DNA of 52,842 bases from Methanobacteriota archaeon (GCA_002687935.1 NZBN01000003.1:1-52842); one strand, 5' to 3'; positions 18,820-28,648 are shown, numbered from the stretch's first letter. A program made the numbers and translations. The notes: generated by a model not told the origin, from the letters alone.

Positions 18820-20455
18820 GTTCGTCGCCAACATAAAAAAGAATCGAAAAATCTACGCTGCATTATTCCTCATACTTCTTTTCGGAATGTACCTCAGAGT
18901 CTATCATATTGATTATCCCACTATCGGTTATCACAATTGGAAGGAAAGCCACTACCTGGCAGAGTCAAGGAATTTTGCAGAAGATGGTTTCTTCAATCAC
19001 GGTTTCTTCGTTCCTGAGTGGGACGCACTTCGCTCTTTTGACGATCCGACAGGAGCGCATTCTGATACCTTCCCAGTTATATCAATTCTAATAGCCATTG
19101 CATTCAAGATATTTGGTCCCCATCTCTGGGTCGCCCGTCTCGTCGGGATAATATTTAGCTTAGGAACTGTCCTTATGATGTTCCTTCTATCAAGGGAGCT
19201 TTTCAAGAGAGATGACATAGCAATAATTGCGGCCGCTCTCACAGCGATAAATCCACTTTTCGTTTTCTTCAGCCATAATGTCCAGCTCATAAATCCTGGA
19301 GTGTTTTTCATGCTAAGTTCAGCCTATTTCTATGTCAGATGGCGTGATTCTGACAAAAATTCTCACTTAATCAGTACTGCAGTCTTCCTTTCCCTTGCAG
19401 GACTAACAAAATACACCTTCTTAGTAATAGCTATACCATTTGCGCTCACTTTCCCCTACAAAAAACTGCTAAAACTAAACAAGTCTCAGATTAAAGCTTA
19501 TTCAGCCTCATTCGCGGCGATGCTCACAATTCCTGCCTGGTTCCTCTATTCAAAAACAATAGTTCAGGCTGAGGGAACGGCACTTGCTATCGGAGAAATG
19601 AATATTTGGGCCTTCCTTACTCCTGGCTGGTGGAAGTCTGTCTGGCCTTTCTTATCTGACAATTATACAGTTATCGGCTTCTGGTTTGCTATTGCCGGAA
19701 TCGTGATGCTCGTTACATTTTATAATTCAAATAAAAAATTCGCAGAACTATTTCTTCTATCTTACTCAGCCGCTCTGATACCATTTATTATGATAATGTC
19801 AAACAAACTAAAGGGACACAGCTATCACCAGTTCCCAATAGCTCCAATCATAATCCTCACAATGTCCTACTTCATAATGGTAGTTTCCCAGACTTCTATT
19901 GGGCTTTTCAAAGTAAAAGCTGAAAAAAAAGAGATTCTTAAATGGATCGTAATTCTGGTGCTTTTCATTGTCTTACTGTCTCCTTCAATGGATGCAAAAA
20001 ACAAGCAATTTGATACGCAGTTCTTCGGTCTGGATATTGCCGGAGATTACATAAGAGAAAACAGTGAAGTAAATGAAAAAGTCATATTCTCAGGTGGCCA
20101 GTCCTTCGGCTTCCTATGGAATGCTGACAGAAAGGCGTATTACAGCACAGACCTAAAATTGGATATCCTTAAAGAGGCAGAAGAAAATGGAGTCCGCTGG
20201 ATTTTCATGTATCATTGGGGCTTTAAAAGTATGCAAAACTCAGAACTTCATCAGTATCTTGGGGAAAACTACAATCTCCGGCAGATGGCATATCTTTCAC
20301 AAGGAAAGGATAATGCAGTTTACTACATTGTTCTCGAAAAGGGAGAAGGCGGATTCTCAATGGACTCCTTACAGAGCTGGACAGACGGCAAAGAGCTCAG
20401 GTATAAAGACTACGATTCAACTTCAGGAAAAATAAAACTTTACTACGTAAATTAA
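18812..20455 (+). CDS. GT-C membrane glycosyltransferase (ArnT/PMT-like)
   Basis: About 12 TM helices; first loop HNWKESHY; ARLVGIIFSLGT; LTKYT; soluble C-terminal domain. Confidence 0.8.
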   Translation: MDKFVANIKKNRKIYAALFLILLFGMYLRVYHIDYPTIGYHNWKESHYLAESRNFAEDGFFNHGFFVPEWDALRSFDDPTGAHSDTFPVISILIAIAFKIFGPHLWVARLVGIIFSLGTVLMMFLLSRELFKRDDIAIIAAALTAINPLFVFFSHNVQLINPGVFFMLSSAYFYVRWRDSDKNSHLISTAVFLSLAGLTKYTFLVIAIPFALTFPYKKLLKLNKSQIKAYSASFAAMLTIPAWFLYSKTIVQAEGTALAIGEMNIWAFLTPGWWKSVWPFLSDNYTVIGFWFAIAGIVMLVTFYNSNKKFAELFLLSYSAALIPFIMIMSNKLKGHSYHQFPIAPIIILTMSYFIMVVSQTSIGLFKVKAEKKEILKWIVILVLFIVLLSPSMDAKNKQFDTQFFGLDIAGDYIRENSEVNEKVIFSGGQSFGFLWNADRKAYYSTDLKLDILKEAEENGVRWIFMYHWGFKSMQNSELHQYLGENYNLRQMAYLSQGKDNAVYYIVLEKGEGGFSMDSLQSWTDGKELRYKDYDSTSGKIKLYYVN

Positions 20456-21349
20456 CTACTTTTCTTCTCTAGTTCTAATTATAAGTTCAGCGAGAAGCCC
20501 GTTGAATATGAACTGCATTCCAAGCAGTACTAAAAGAACAACAAGTATCAAAAGCGGTCTGCTTCCTATTGTTTGTTCAAGAGCATATTTATCATAAAGA
20601 AGTTTTACTCCTCCTAGAAAGCCAAGTCCCATGAGAGCAAAACCCATTGCTCCGAAAATATGTATTGGTCTTGAGCCGTAAGAAGTCAGGAATTTAAGAG
20701 TGATGAGGTCAAGAAAGCCCTTTGGAAGCCTGGAAAGTCCATATTTGGTTTTCCCTGATTTCCTTTCATGGTGTTTTACCTTCATTTCTATAACTTTATG
20801 TCCCCTAACTGAAAGCATTGCAGGTATATATCTATGCCCTTCTCCGTGAAGCTCAAGGTCCTTTATCGCAGAGCTCTTATAAGCTCTTAGTGTACATCCT
20901 TGGTCATGAAGGCTAAGACCAAAAAAACGCCTTACAAGGAAATTATTCAACTTTGATGCCATTCTCTTTCCAAAAGTATCTTTCCTGTCCGCTCTCCAGC
21001 CACAGACAACATCGGCCTTTTCCAGACCTCCAATAAGCTTCGGTATATCTGAGGCATCATTCTGCAAATCAGCGTCCATAGACACCACAATCCTCCCTTT
21101 GCTCGCTTTAAAACCAGTAAGAAGTGCTGCAGTTTGTCCTTTATTACTTCCGTGCTTTACAAGTTTAACAGATTTATCGTGCTTTGCAATTTTCTCAAGT
21201 TTTTCAATAGTTCCGTCACTGCTTCCGTCGTCTACAAAGAGAATTTCATGACTCTTCTTCATTCTTGTCAGTACAATTGCCAGCTCCATATAGAGCCTTT
21301 CCACATTTCCCTCCTCATTATAGGTGGGTATGACAACCGAAATTTCCAT
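20456..21349 (-). CDS. GT2 polyprenyl-phosphate glycosyltransferase (ArnC/DPM synthase-like) with two C-terminal TM helices
   Basis: MEISVVIPTYNEE; VDDGSSDGT; MDADLQND; DQGCTLRAY; HRYIPA; GKTKYG. ATG 21349 is the likely start. Confidence 0.88.
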   Translation of the reverse strand: MEISVVIPTYNEEGNVERLYMELAIVLTRMKKSHEILFVDDGSSDGTIEKLEKIAKHDKSVKLVKHGSNKGQTAALLTGFKASKGRIVVSMDADLQNDASDIPKLIGGLEKADVVCGWRADRKDTFGKRMASKLNNFLVRRFFGLSLHDQGCTLRAYKSSAIKDLELHGEGHRYIPAMLSVRGHKVIEMKVKHHERKSGKTKYGLSRLPKGFLDLITLKFLTSYGSRPIHIFGAMGFALMGLGFLGGVKLLYDKYALEQTIGSRPLLILVVLLVLLGMQFIFNGLLAELIIRTREEK

Positions 21350-21441
21350 GCGAAATCGTTGTACAGGGGCATATAAATAATTGCCCAAGACATAATTTTT
21401 TCATAGAGAGCTATAAATAGCAAATATCCTACACATATGCT

Positions 21442-22770
21442 ATGGCGCCTTTTTCAACAACTGGCATAAGGGGCTTAGCGAATATCGACATAACACCTGA
21501 GTTTATGCTGGACCTCGGAAAAACATTCGGGACGATGGTAGGTCCCTGTAAGGTTCTTGTTGCCAGAGACACAAGAACCAGTTCAGAAATGCTTTCAAAT
21601 TCCTTAATTGCAGGATTAATTTCGACTGGCTGTGACGTATTCGACACTGGAATCGCAGCTGGACCTGTCGTAAATCACGCTGCTCAGAGCGCTTATGATG
21701 CAGGCGTCATGATAACGAGCTCCCACAATCCCCCAGAATACAATGGAGCTAAGTTCATCCTTAAAGGTGGCAAGGAAGTTGGTGAAAAGGAAGAGATAGA
21801 GTTCGAAAAAATACTAAACTCACGTAAATTCACTACAGTAAGCTGGGACAAGGTTGGCTCATATTCAGAGTGCGACTCAGTAAGCCCTTACATTATGGAT
21901 GCTCTGGCTCTCGTTGATTCAGAAAAAATAAAGTCTAAAAAATTCAGAGTCGTCGCAGACCCCGGAAACGGCGCTCAAATCGACGCAGTTCCCAGAATAC
22001 TCAAAGAGCTTGGCTGCGAAGCTGTAATAATCAACGGTGAAAACACAGGAAAATTCGGACGACTCCCTGAGCCAAGACCTGAAACACTTTCTGAGCTTCT
22101 CGAAGAAGTTCGCACACAGAAGGCGGATTTCGGCGTTGCCTTCGACTGTGACGGTGACAGAGCGGTATTCTGCAATGAAAAAGGAGAGTTCATAATGGGA
22201 GACGTTACTGGTTCACTGATAGCCAACTCTCTGGCAGAAAAAGGAGACAAAATAGTAACTCCTGTTGCAACTTCCAGTATTATTGACGATGTTGCCTCAA
22301 ATTCAGGAGCGGAAATTCTCAGAACAAAAGTCGGAGCCAAATATGTCAGTGATTCTGTTATTTCTGGAGGTGCTGTTTTCGGTTTCGAGGAAAACGGCGG
22401 ATGCATCTTCCCAAAACTCAGCCCCGGCCGTGACGGTTCAATGACTCTTATTACAATGCTTGACCTGCTCACAGATTACGACTCTTTTAGTTCTGCAATT
22501 TCAACACTTCCAAAATATTTTCAACTTAAGGCTAAATTTAAATGCAGTGATGATAAAAAAACAAGCACAATGAAACGCGCCATGGAAAGGGCAAAACAAG
22601 AAGGAAAAGAGTTCTCAAATATCGACGGTCTTAAATTTTTCGAAGAAGACGGATGGATTCTTGTCAGAGCTTCCGGAACTGAGCCTGTTCTAAGAGTTTT
22701 TTCAGAGGCAAAAACAGAAGAGCGGGCTCTGGAACTTCTTGAGCTTGGAAAAGCGCTTCTCTCTGACTGA
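21442..22770 (+). CDS. Phosphohexomutase (PMM/PGM/GlmM family)
   Basis: FSTTGIRG; TSSHNPPEYNG phosphoserine loop; FDCDGDR metal loop; GFEENG; VRASGTEP. Confidence 0.93.
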   Translation: MAPFSTTGIRGLANIDITPEFMLDLGKTFGTMVGPCKVLVARDTRTSSEMLSNSLIAGLISTGCDVFDTGIAAGPVVNHAAQSAYDAGVMITSSHNPPEYNGAKFILKGGKEVGEKEEIEFEKILNSRKFTTVSWDKVGSYSECDSVSPYIMDALALVDSEKIKSKKFRVVADPGNGAQIDAVPRILKELGCEAVIINGENTGKFGRLPEPRPETLSELLEEVRTQKADFGVAFDCDGDRAVFCNEKGEFIMGDVTGSLIANSLAEKGDKIVTPVATSSIIDDVASNSGAEILRTKVGAKYVSDSVISGGAVFGFEENGGCIFPKLSPGRDGSMTLITMLDLLTDYDSFSSAISTLPKYFQLKAKFKCSDDKKTSTMKRAMERAKQEGKEFSNIDGLKFFEEDGWILVRASGTEPVLRVFSEAKTEERALELLELGKALLSD

Positions 22771-22772
22771 AA

Positions 22773-23735
22773 TTAAAGTCTCCAGATTTTAATCGGGTCT
22801 TTCATCCAGAAGAACAAACCAATTGCGGCTATACAATAGTTAAACAAAAGAACAATTAATGAAAAGGCAACTGCACTTCCCGCACCAATTCCAAGAAGTC
22901 CAAACATCCCTATCAAAACAAGGTCTCGTGTTCCGATTCCTGATATCGAAATTGGTGCGAGTTCAGCAAGCATACTCACAGGCATTATCATAGCTATATA
23001 GAAATAGCTGATATCAATTCCCGCCGCAAGAGAAAGCAGGTAATATTGTATGAATACAAAGAACCAGGCAAGCATTGTCAGTGCGGATATTTTAAGCAAA
23101 AGAAGACGTTCCTTTCTTATTGCCCTTACTCCTTCATAGAATTCTTCAAAATTAGTTTTCAAAATTGCCTGATGTTTTTTCGGAATAATCTTGCGGAAAA
23201 CGGGTCTTAACATATTTCTTGTGACTCCTTCCTCTAAAACAAGGAAGACAACTATTCCAAATGCAATAAATACGGCTATAGCAGTTTTCGGAGTGCTAAA
23301 ACCGAGTGCAAATTCAGCAGTCATATAATATATTCCAATTATAGCCAGCAGAAAGATGAGTAGAGTATCAATTACTCTGTCTATAAAAACAGTTGCAAAA
23401 GCCTTACCTGTTCTGATTTTTCTGTTGTCAGCTGCATATATCGCCTTTATGATTTCCCCGAGTCTTCCTGGCGTTATAACTGCTGCAAAAAGTCCAATAA
23501 TAAATGCCTTCCATGCCTCAAAGAACTTGAAACCCGGTTTCTGTACGTCGACTCCAAGCTTCCACTTATAGGCTTTTATTCCAGAGCTTACAGAAGTCAG
23601 ACTAAGAGCAACAATAAAATAAAGTGGGTTGGTTTTCAGAAAAGCTTCAGTTATTACTGATACTCCTACTGAATTAACAATATAGGCAAAGAGCAGAAGC
23701 CCGACTACCGGAAGAAATCTCTTGGCTTTAAACAT
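22773..23735 (-). CDS. UPF0104 / lysylphosphatidylglycerol-synthase-like TM protein (putative lipid-sugar flippase)
   Basis: KAYKW; VITPGRLGEIIKA; DRVIDT; PISISGIGTRD; 7-8 TM helices. ATG 23735 overlaps the DUF2304 stop. Confidence 0.8.
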   Translation of the reverse strand: MFKAKRFLPVVGLLLFAYIVNSVGVSVITEAFLKTNPLYFIVALSLTSVSSGIKAYKWKLGVDVQKPGFKFFEAWKAFIIGLFAAVITPGRLGEIIKAIYAADNRKIRTGKAFATVFIDRVIDTLLIFLLAIIGIYYMTAEFALGFSTPKTAIAVFIAFGIVVFLVLEEGVTRNMLRPVFRKIIPKKHQAILKTNFEEFYEGVRAIRKERLLLLKISALTMLAWFFVFIQYYLLSLAAGIDISYFYIAMIMPVSMLAELAPISISGIGTRDLVLIGMFGLLGIGAGSAVAFSLIVLLFNYCIAAIGLFFWMKDPIKIWRL

Positions 23736-24078
23736 TCTGTTTTCGACCTTTCTGCTCAAGCTCAAGGGCGACCTTTCTGACAAGATTTGTTATCTGTCTC
23801 TGGGTTTCCTGATTTCTTATGTAGACTTGGAAGACAAATCCGTAGACTCCGAGGAGACCCAGAACAAGAAGTGCATCAAGTCCTCTTCCGATTTTCAGCC
23901 AGCTAAGAACTGAGTCAAGAACAGTAGGGTAAAGTGAAACGAAAAATATAGCAAGAGCGACGATTCCCCAAGTAACAAAGTCACGGTCCTTAAACTTTCC
24001 CTGTCTGTAAAGTTTTACAGCATAATAGAACATAAGAAGCCCGAGGGCCAGTCCGAATGCCTGTATTCCAGCTATCAT
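23728..24078 (-). CDS. DUF2304 family small membrane protein
   Basis: 3 TM helices; W-x-I...SLYP...LKIGRG-x-DALL...ITNLVRKVAL; ATGA overlap with the upstream GT2. Confidence 0.8.
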   Translation of the reverse strand: MIAGIQAFGLALGLLMFYYAVKLYRQGKFKDRDFVTWGIVALAIFFVSLYPTVLDSVLSWLKIGRGLDALLVLGLLGVYGFVFQVYIRNQETQRQITNLVRKVALELEQKGRKQNV

Positions 24079-24764
24079 TTTCTCAACCAAAGGCGCTTAA
24101 GGAAAATTCCATACATTATTTTTACTCCTTCGCGCACGTTTGTACCTTTTTTCTTACTACGTTCGTCATATAAAGCTTTTATCGGGACTTCCTCAATCTT
24201 CATCCCATAGCGTCCTAGTTCGTATACAATTTCTGAGGATACATCGTAGCGGTCACACACAATTGACAGAGCCTTGGCGGATTTCTTGTCAAATGCCCTC
24301 AGTCCGCTCTGCGAGTCCGTAATCTTTGTCCCGGCAAGGAAATTTGTAAATCCTGTCAGGAACCAGTTTCCAAATCTTGTAACTGGCGGCATCATTTCTA
24401 AATCTTCCTTTCTCAAAAACCTTGAACCAAGAACAGCATTTGCCCGTTTCTTCTTTATCGGCTCTATCAAATTTTCTATATCCTTCCCAACATGCTGAAG
24501 GTCAGCATCAAAAGTAACTATAATATCTGCCTTTTTCCGCAGGGCTGATTGTATCCCTGTAGCAAGTGTTGCTCCAAGTCCCCTGTTTATCACGTGCGTT
24601 GCAACAAATACACCCTCCTTCAGAGCAAATTCTTCAGTTTTGTCCGAAGAACCATCATTCACAACAATAACTTCCGCCTTTGGAAAACCCTTCTTCAGAC
24701 TTTGCAGACTTTGCCGTATTGTCTTCTCCTCATTGTAAGCAGGCATTACTATAACAACTTTCAT
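24075..24764 (-). CDS. GT2 glycosyltransferase (DPM1-like)
   Basis: MPAYNEE; VNDGSSD; NRGLG; FDADLQH; VLGSRF; TDSQSGLRAF; EEVPIK. Confidence 0.9.
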   Translation of the reverse strand: MKVVIVMPAYNEEKTIRQSLQSLKKGFPKAEVIVVNDGSSDKTEEFALKEGVFVATHVINRGLGATLATGIQSALRKKADIIVTFDADLQHVGKDIENLIEPIKKKRANAVLGSRFLRKEDLEMMPPVTRFGNWFLTGFTNFLAGTKITDSQSGLRAFDKKSAKALSIVCDRYDVSSEIVYELGRYGMKIEEVPIKALYDERSKKKGTNVREGVKIMYGIFLKRLWLRK

Positions 24765-25639
24765 TTCAACATATCCTTTATTCCTTCTTCAATAGAATAT
24801 TCTGGTCTATATCCTATTTTCTCAGAAGCGCGGGCTATACGTGTCCAACTTCTCTGTATATCACCTTCTCTCTCACCGGTTCTTTCAATATTCAACTCTG
24901 TATTAAGAGCATTTTCAATCGCTGAAACAATATCATTTATGCTGGTCTCTTCCCCGGAAGCAATATTCAAAGTCATATTATTGCCTGGCTCAGTCTTAAT
25001 ACACAAAATACAGGCATTTAGGAGGTCCTTAATATACAAAAAGTCCCTTGTCTGCTCTCCACTTCCGTAAATTTCAATTTTATTTTCTGAATTAAATTCC
25101 TCGAGCATCTTTGATATTACTCCTTGTCCGCCTTTTCCATAGATATTAAAAATTCTCAAAATAAAAGAAGGTATAGAACTTTTTTCGCAAAGTTTCTCAG
25201 CGGCAAGTTTGGATTCCCCATAAGGGGATATCGGCATTGCTACTGTTTCCTCACTAATTGGAAAGTCCTTAGTATCTCCATAAACTGCTGCAGAGCTGAA
25301 GAATATAATTTTTTTCACTCCTTCCTTTTCAGCGGCCGCAATAACATTCCTTGTCCCAGAAACATTTATTTCCCTGTCTTCCTCAGGATTTTCAAGAGAT
25401 TTCTGCACAGAGCTCTGCGCCGCAAGATGAAAAACAAGTTCACAACCTCTTATCACTTCTCCCAAATCCTGAGGATTTCTGATATCTCCTTCAACTATCT
25501 CAGCTGAACTATTTTCCAGTCTTTCTTTATCTCCGTTTGAAAAATTATCAAAAACCACGACTTCATGCCCCTCATTTTCCAGAGCCCCGACTAAATAAGG
25601 TCCTATAAATCCCGCTCCTCCAGTTACAAGCACTTTCAT
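24761..25639 (-). CDS. NAD-dependent epimerase/dehydratase (GalE-like extended SDR)
   Basis: VTGGAGFIG; FHLAAQSSV; SSAAVYG; YGESK; RIFNIYG; TRDFLY. Confidence 0.88.
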   Translation of the reverse strand: MKVLVTGGAGFIGPYLVGALENEGHEVVVFDNFSNGDKERLENSSAEIVEGDIRNPQDLGEVIRGCELVFHLAAQSSVQKSLENPEEDREINVSGTRNVIAAAEKEGVKKIIFFSSAAVYGDTKDFPISEETVAMPISPYGESKLAAEKLCEKSSIPSFILRIFNIYGKGGQGVISKMLEEFNSENKIEIYGSGEQTRDFLYIKDLLNACILCIKTEPGNNMTLNIASGEETSINDIVSAIENALNTELNIERTGEREGDIQRSWTRIARASEKIGYRPEYSIEEGIKDMLK

Positions 25640-26523
25640 ATTACTAATGTTACTATTCCCAGCGCAATCTCAACAAGCCAGTAAATTGCTACCAACTGCC
25701 ACTCGCGCATTCCTTTTATGCGAAGTATGAGGTTTGTAAGTGATAAATAGCTTTTCTGAGGCACTAAAATACCATTTTCAACTCTGGTCGGAACAATACG
25801 TTTACTGGAAGCAATTCCCATTGTAATAAATTTGAGAAGCATATCAAAAAAATAAGGGATGGAGAGTATCATCAGCGGAAGCAATGGAGCTCCAAGCGCT
25901 GCCGAAGCCGCTAGAAAAGCACCAATTGGCAAAGTTCCAACATCTCCGGGAAAAACCTTTGCAGGATACTTATTGAAGAAGAGGAAGCCAAGGAGAGCAA
26001 AGGAGTAGGCAAAAAGCGCCGTCCTCAATTCAAAATGTCCTGTGTTCAAAGCCAGGAAAAAGAGTGCTATTGCACCCATTCCTGCTTCAAGCCCGTTGAA
26101 ACCGGCGAGCATATTTGTCCAGTTGGACAGAACAACTACAGCAACGACGACAGCAAGAACTTCATAGACCCCAAAACTCCAGAACAATATCAAAGGGAGC
26201 GCTGGAAGAGCCGTCAGACCAAGCTTCTGGTAGGGATTAAATCTGAAAATATCATCAAGAAGTCCAATGCTTGCAGATATCAGAAAAACAAGTGTCAGAG
26301 TCATATAAATTGATGAAGCTGTAAGAAGATACATTCCTAAAAGAACAGTACCAAGTGCAGCTGCTACAGGAATTCCTCCAAAATCAGCTCTCATTGGTCT
26401 TCCTTCTTTGTGAATGTCCTCTGAAACTCGTCCTATCCGTTTAAATCTTCGTATGAAAACTACTGTTAGAATTATTGAAAGTGCAAAAGTGGAAAAAACA
26501 GGGACTGCATCGAAGGGAAGCAT
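25636..26523 (-). CDS. Polyprenyl-phosphate GlcNAc-1-phosphate transferase (MraY/DPAGT1-like, AglH-like)
   Basis: GGIP; GLLDD; NWTNMLAGFNGLE; NKYPAKVFPGDVGT; about 9 TM helices. Confidence 0.85.
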   Translation of the reverse strand: MLPFDAVPVFSTFALSIILTVVFIRRFKRIGRVSEDIHKEGRPMRADFGGIPVAAALGTVLLGMYLLTASSIYMTLTLVFLISASIGLLDDIFRFNPYQKLGLTALPALPLILFWSFGVYEVLAVVVAVVVLSNWTNMLAGFNGLEAGMGAIALFFLALNTGHFELRTALFAYSFALLGFLFFNKYPAKVFPGDVGTLPIGAFLAASAALGAPLLPLMILSIPYFFDMLLKFITMGIASSKRIVPTRVENGILVPQKSYLSLTNLILRIKGMREWQLVAIYWLVEIALGIVTLVI

Positions 26524-26524
26524 C

Positions 26525-27589
26525 TCAAATTGCAGTAGATCTTACAGTATTTGCTATGACCTCTGCCGGATCCTCCATCGAGCTTATCAATTTATCAGCA
26601 ATTTTCCGCTGCCTTCTCTTATGCTCACCGTTTCTTTGTATCAAATCTGAAGCCTGTTCAAGTAAATTATACTTCGTAGTTCTGGAAACTAGATGTTTTT
26701 CTATTACATAGTCTTCATAAAAGGTTCTCATAGGTCTGCAGGCAAGTGTAGGTGTTCCAAGAAGAGCTGATTCAAGTGTCATAGTTCCTCCGCCTCCAAT
26801 AAACAAGTCTGAGTGATAAATAAGGCTCTGGGCATCTACTACTTTATCAGGTACAAGTATCTTTTCTGCTTTAATTTTTCTTATTTCGTCTGCTTGCTCC
26901 TGGTATCTTGCCAGAACAACAATTTTGTGTTCAGGAAAGTTTCTAGACATCTCTGTTATCATAGGTTTAATCAATACTTTCTCTCCTCTTGTGCTATCAC
27001 TTAGATAGGAAGCATTTGTCTCGGAAGTTCTAAAAGTTATAATCTTCGTCTGCTCAAGCCCAAGTAGTCCGAGAACTTCCTCACTAGGTTTAAAATCTCT
27101 CAACCAGGCAACTGGGTCAAGAGCGTCATATTGAACCACTTTCTCGGCTGGCATTCCATACCTTGCCCATACCTCCTTTGGTATTAGCTTTGGAGCAACT
27201 ACTTTTTCAGAAAGTGGTACTGAGAGTCTTGACTGCGCTGAAGCCTCAGGTATGTCATTAATACAAACATGGGGTATTCCCAATCCAAAAGCGACTCTGG
27301 CAGCCTCAGGCGAGGAGAGGGAAAGAGCTACACTTGGCTCTTCTTTAGAAACAATGCTATTCATTTCACGCATTCTCTCTATGCTTGCCTCAAGTTTTCC
27401 ATCGAGGCTCGCTCCTCCGTGCTTTCCTACCACAAGTGCTTCTATGCTCTTTTCCTTCAGAAGCTCTGAAGTTTCCTTATATTCTCGTGTTGTAACGAAA
27501 ACTTCCTCTCCTTGTTTCTCAAGCATCGGTATCAGCTTCGAATAGAGCATAACCTGTTTTGGCGTAAGTAGGTCAATCCATACCTTCAT
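26525..27589 (-). CDS. DUF354 family GT-B-fold protein
   Basis: MKVWIDLLTPKQV; VFVTTREY; SPEAARVAFGLGIP; FIGGGGTMTLESALLGTP. Confidence 0.85.
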   Translation of the reverse strand: MKVWIDLLTPKQVMLYSKLIPMLEKQGEEVFVTTREYKETSELLKEKSIEALVVGKHGGASLDGKLEASIERMREMNSIVSKEEPSVALSLSSPEAARVAFGLGIPHVCINDIPEASAQSRLSVPLSEKVVAPKLIPKEVWARYGMPAEKVVQYDALDPVAWLRDFKPSEEVLGLLGLEQTKIITFRTSETNASYLSDSTRGEKVLIKPMITEMSRNFPEHKIVVLARYQEQADEIRKIKAEKILVPDKVVDAQSLIYHSDLFIGGGGTMTLESALLGTPTLACRPMRTFYEDYVIEKHLVSRTTKYNLLEQASDLIQRNGEHKRRQRKIADKLISSMEDPAEVIANTVRSTAI

Positions 27590-27628
27590 AAGAAAATGGT
27601 ATAATTCTGCTTATATATAGCTATCCTG

Positions 27629-27663
27629 TGAAACCGTTTCATACGTTTTCATACGTTTTCACA
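27629..27663 (-). promoter_or_regulatory. Putative operator: 10-bp-period repeats upstream of the DUF354-aglH operon TATA box
   Basis: Plus strand TGAAAC-C-GTTTCA palindrome running into (ATACGTTTTC)x2. TATA-like TATATATAAG lies downstream on the minus strand at 27619-27610. Confidence 0.5.
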
Positions 27664-27694
27664 ACAGTATTTTTTATTAAAAAGACCAATTTCA

Positions 27695-28648
27695 TCAATT
27701 CATTTCCTTGATAAGTTCAAGAATATTAGTTTTCCCGGATTTTCTTTTACTAAGTATCCCCCTTTCAACGAGTTCAGCAACAAGCCGTGAAACCTTTGGT
27801 CTGGAGAAGCCAGTCATCTCATCAAGGTTTTGCTGTTTCATTTTTCCACCCTGTTTATCAATAAGTTCAACAATTCTTCTTTCATCTTCCTGAAGTATAT
27901 CATAAGGTATCTCACTCTGCTTCCTTCTTATGACTTCAGCTCCCCATAAACTTGTTATAAGGAAAATAATAAGCCCGCCAGCTATTAAACCCACGACAAA
28001 ACTACTTCTTCCACCTGTCTCAACAAGAGGAAGCTGTGTAAGTTTTGTCTGCTCAACTCCTCCCAAACTGTCCAGTTTTTTTCTTGCCTCTTCAGATACG
28101 TCTCCTACAATGACAATACGCCTTGCTCCGAGCTTTTCTATTGCCTGTTCAGCCGATTCTGATAGTTTCCCCCGTTCTGTCAGAAGAACAGGACTTCCAT
28201 AGTCTATAGCTATTCTTGCCGCTGGCATAATAGCTCCTTCTCGGTCTCCTTCTGCAATCACTACTGTTTCAGACTCTCCCCACAATGTAATAGCCACTCT
28301 AGCTGCAGTTCCATAACGATTCCAGTCCCAAATTCTTACAACACTGTAATTCATTGCTCTCAGACTTCTCTCAACACTTGCAGGAACTGCCTCAGTTCCA
28401 CCTATTATTACTGCTTCAGAATAGCCCTGCTGAACATAAGCCGAAAGTTCTGATACAATTGGCTGTGTAAATCCTTTTTTAGAAACACCAATTAATGGAA
28501 TTCCCTCTTTACTGGTGTAAGTCTGTGCCAGAAAAAAATCTACAGGATAGTCTTCTCCTGCAACTACTAAATCATAGGCTGAAACTGCCTGACTTGTCAG
28601 GAAAGCCGCAATCAAGGTAAAAACAATAAGTTTTACGGACCTTTTCAT
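27695..28648 (-). CDS. Membrane-anchored regulator: signal peptide, CWB2-like extracellular domain, TM helix, C-terminal winged HTH
   Basis: Signal MKRSVKLIVFTLIAAFLTSQAVSA; CWB2-like motifs AVIIGGTEAVP, RIWDWNRYGTAARVA, PVLLT, IVIVG; TM FVVGLIAGGLIIFLITSLW; wHTH EDERRIVELIDKQGGKMKQQNL...FSRPKVSRLVAELVERGIL...GKTN. Confidence 0.8.
   Translation of the reverse strand: MKRSVKLIVFTLIAAFLTSQAVSAYDLVVAGEDYPVDFFLAQTYTSKEGIPLIGVSKKGFTQPIVSELSAYVQQGYSEAVIIGGTEAVPASVERSLRAMNYSVVRIWDWNRYGTAARVAITLWGESETVVIAEGDREGAIMPAARIAIDYGSPVLLTERGKLSESAEQAIEKLGARRIVIVGDVSEEARKKLDSLGGVEQTKLTQLPLVETGGRSSFVVGLIAGGLIIFLITSLWGAEVIRRKQSEIPYDILQEDERRIVELIDKQGGKMKQQNLDEMTGFSRPKVSRLVAELVERGILSKRKSGKTNILELIKEMN

Noticed and set aside
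24549-25507. Plus-strand ORFs of 173 and 127 aa
   Set aside because: Antisense to well-supported GT2 and epimerase genes, with no motifs.
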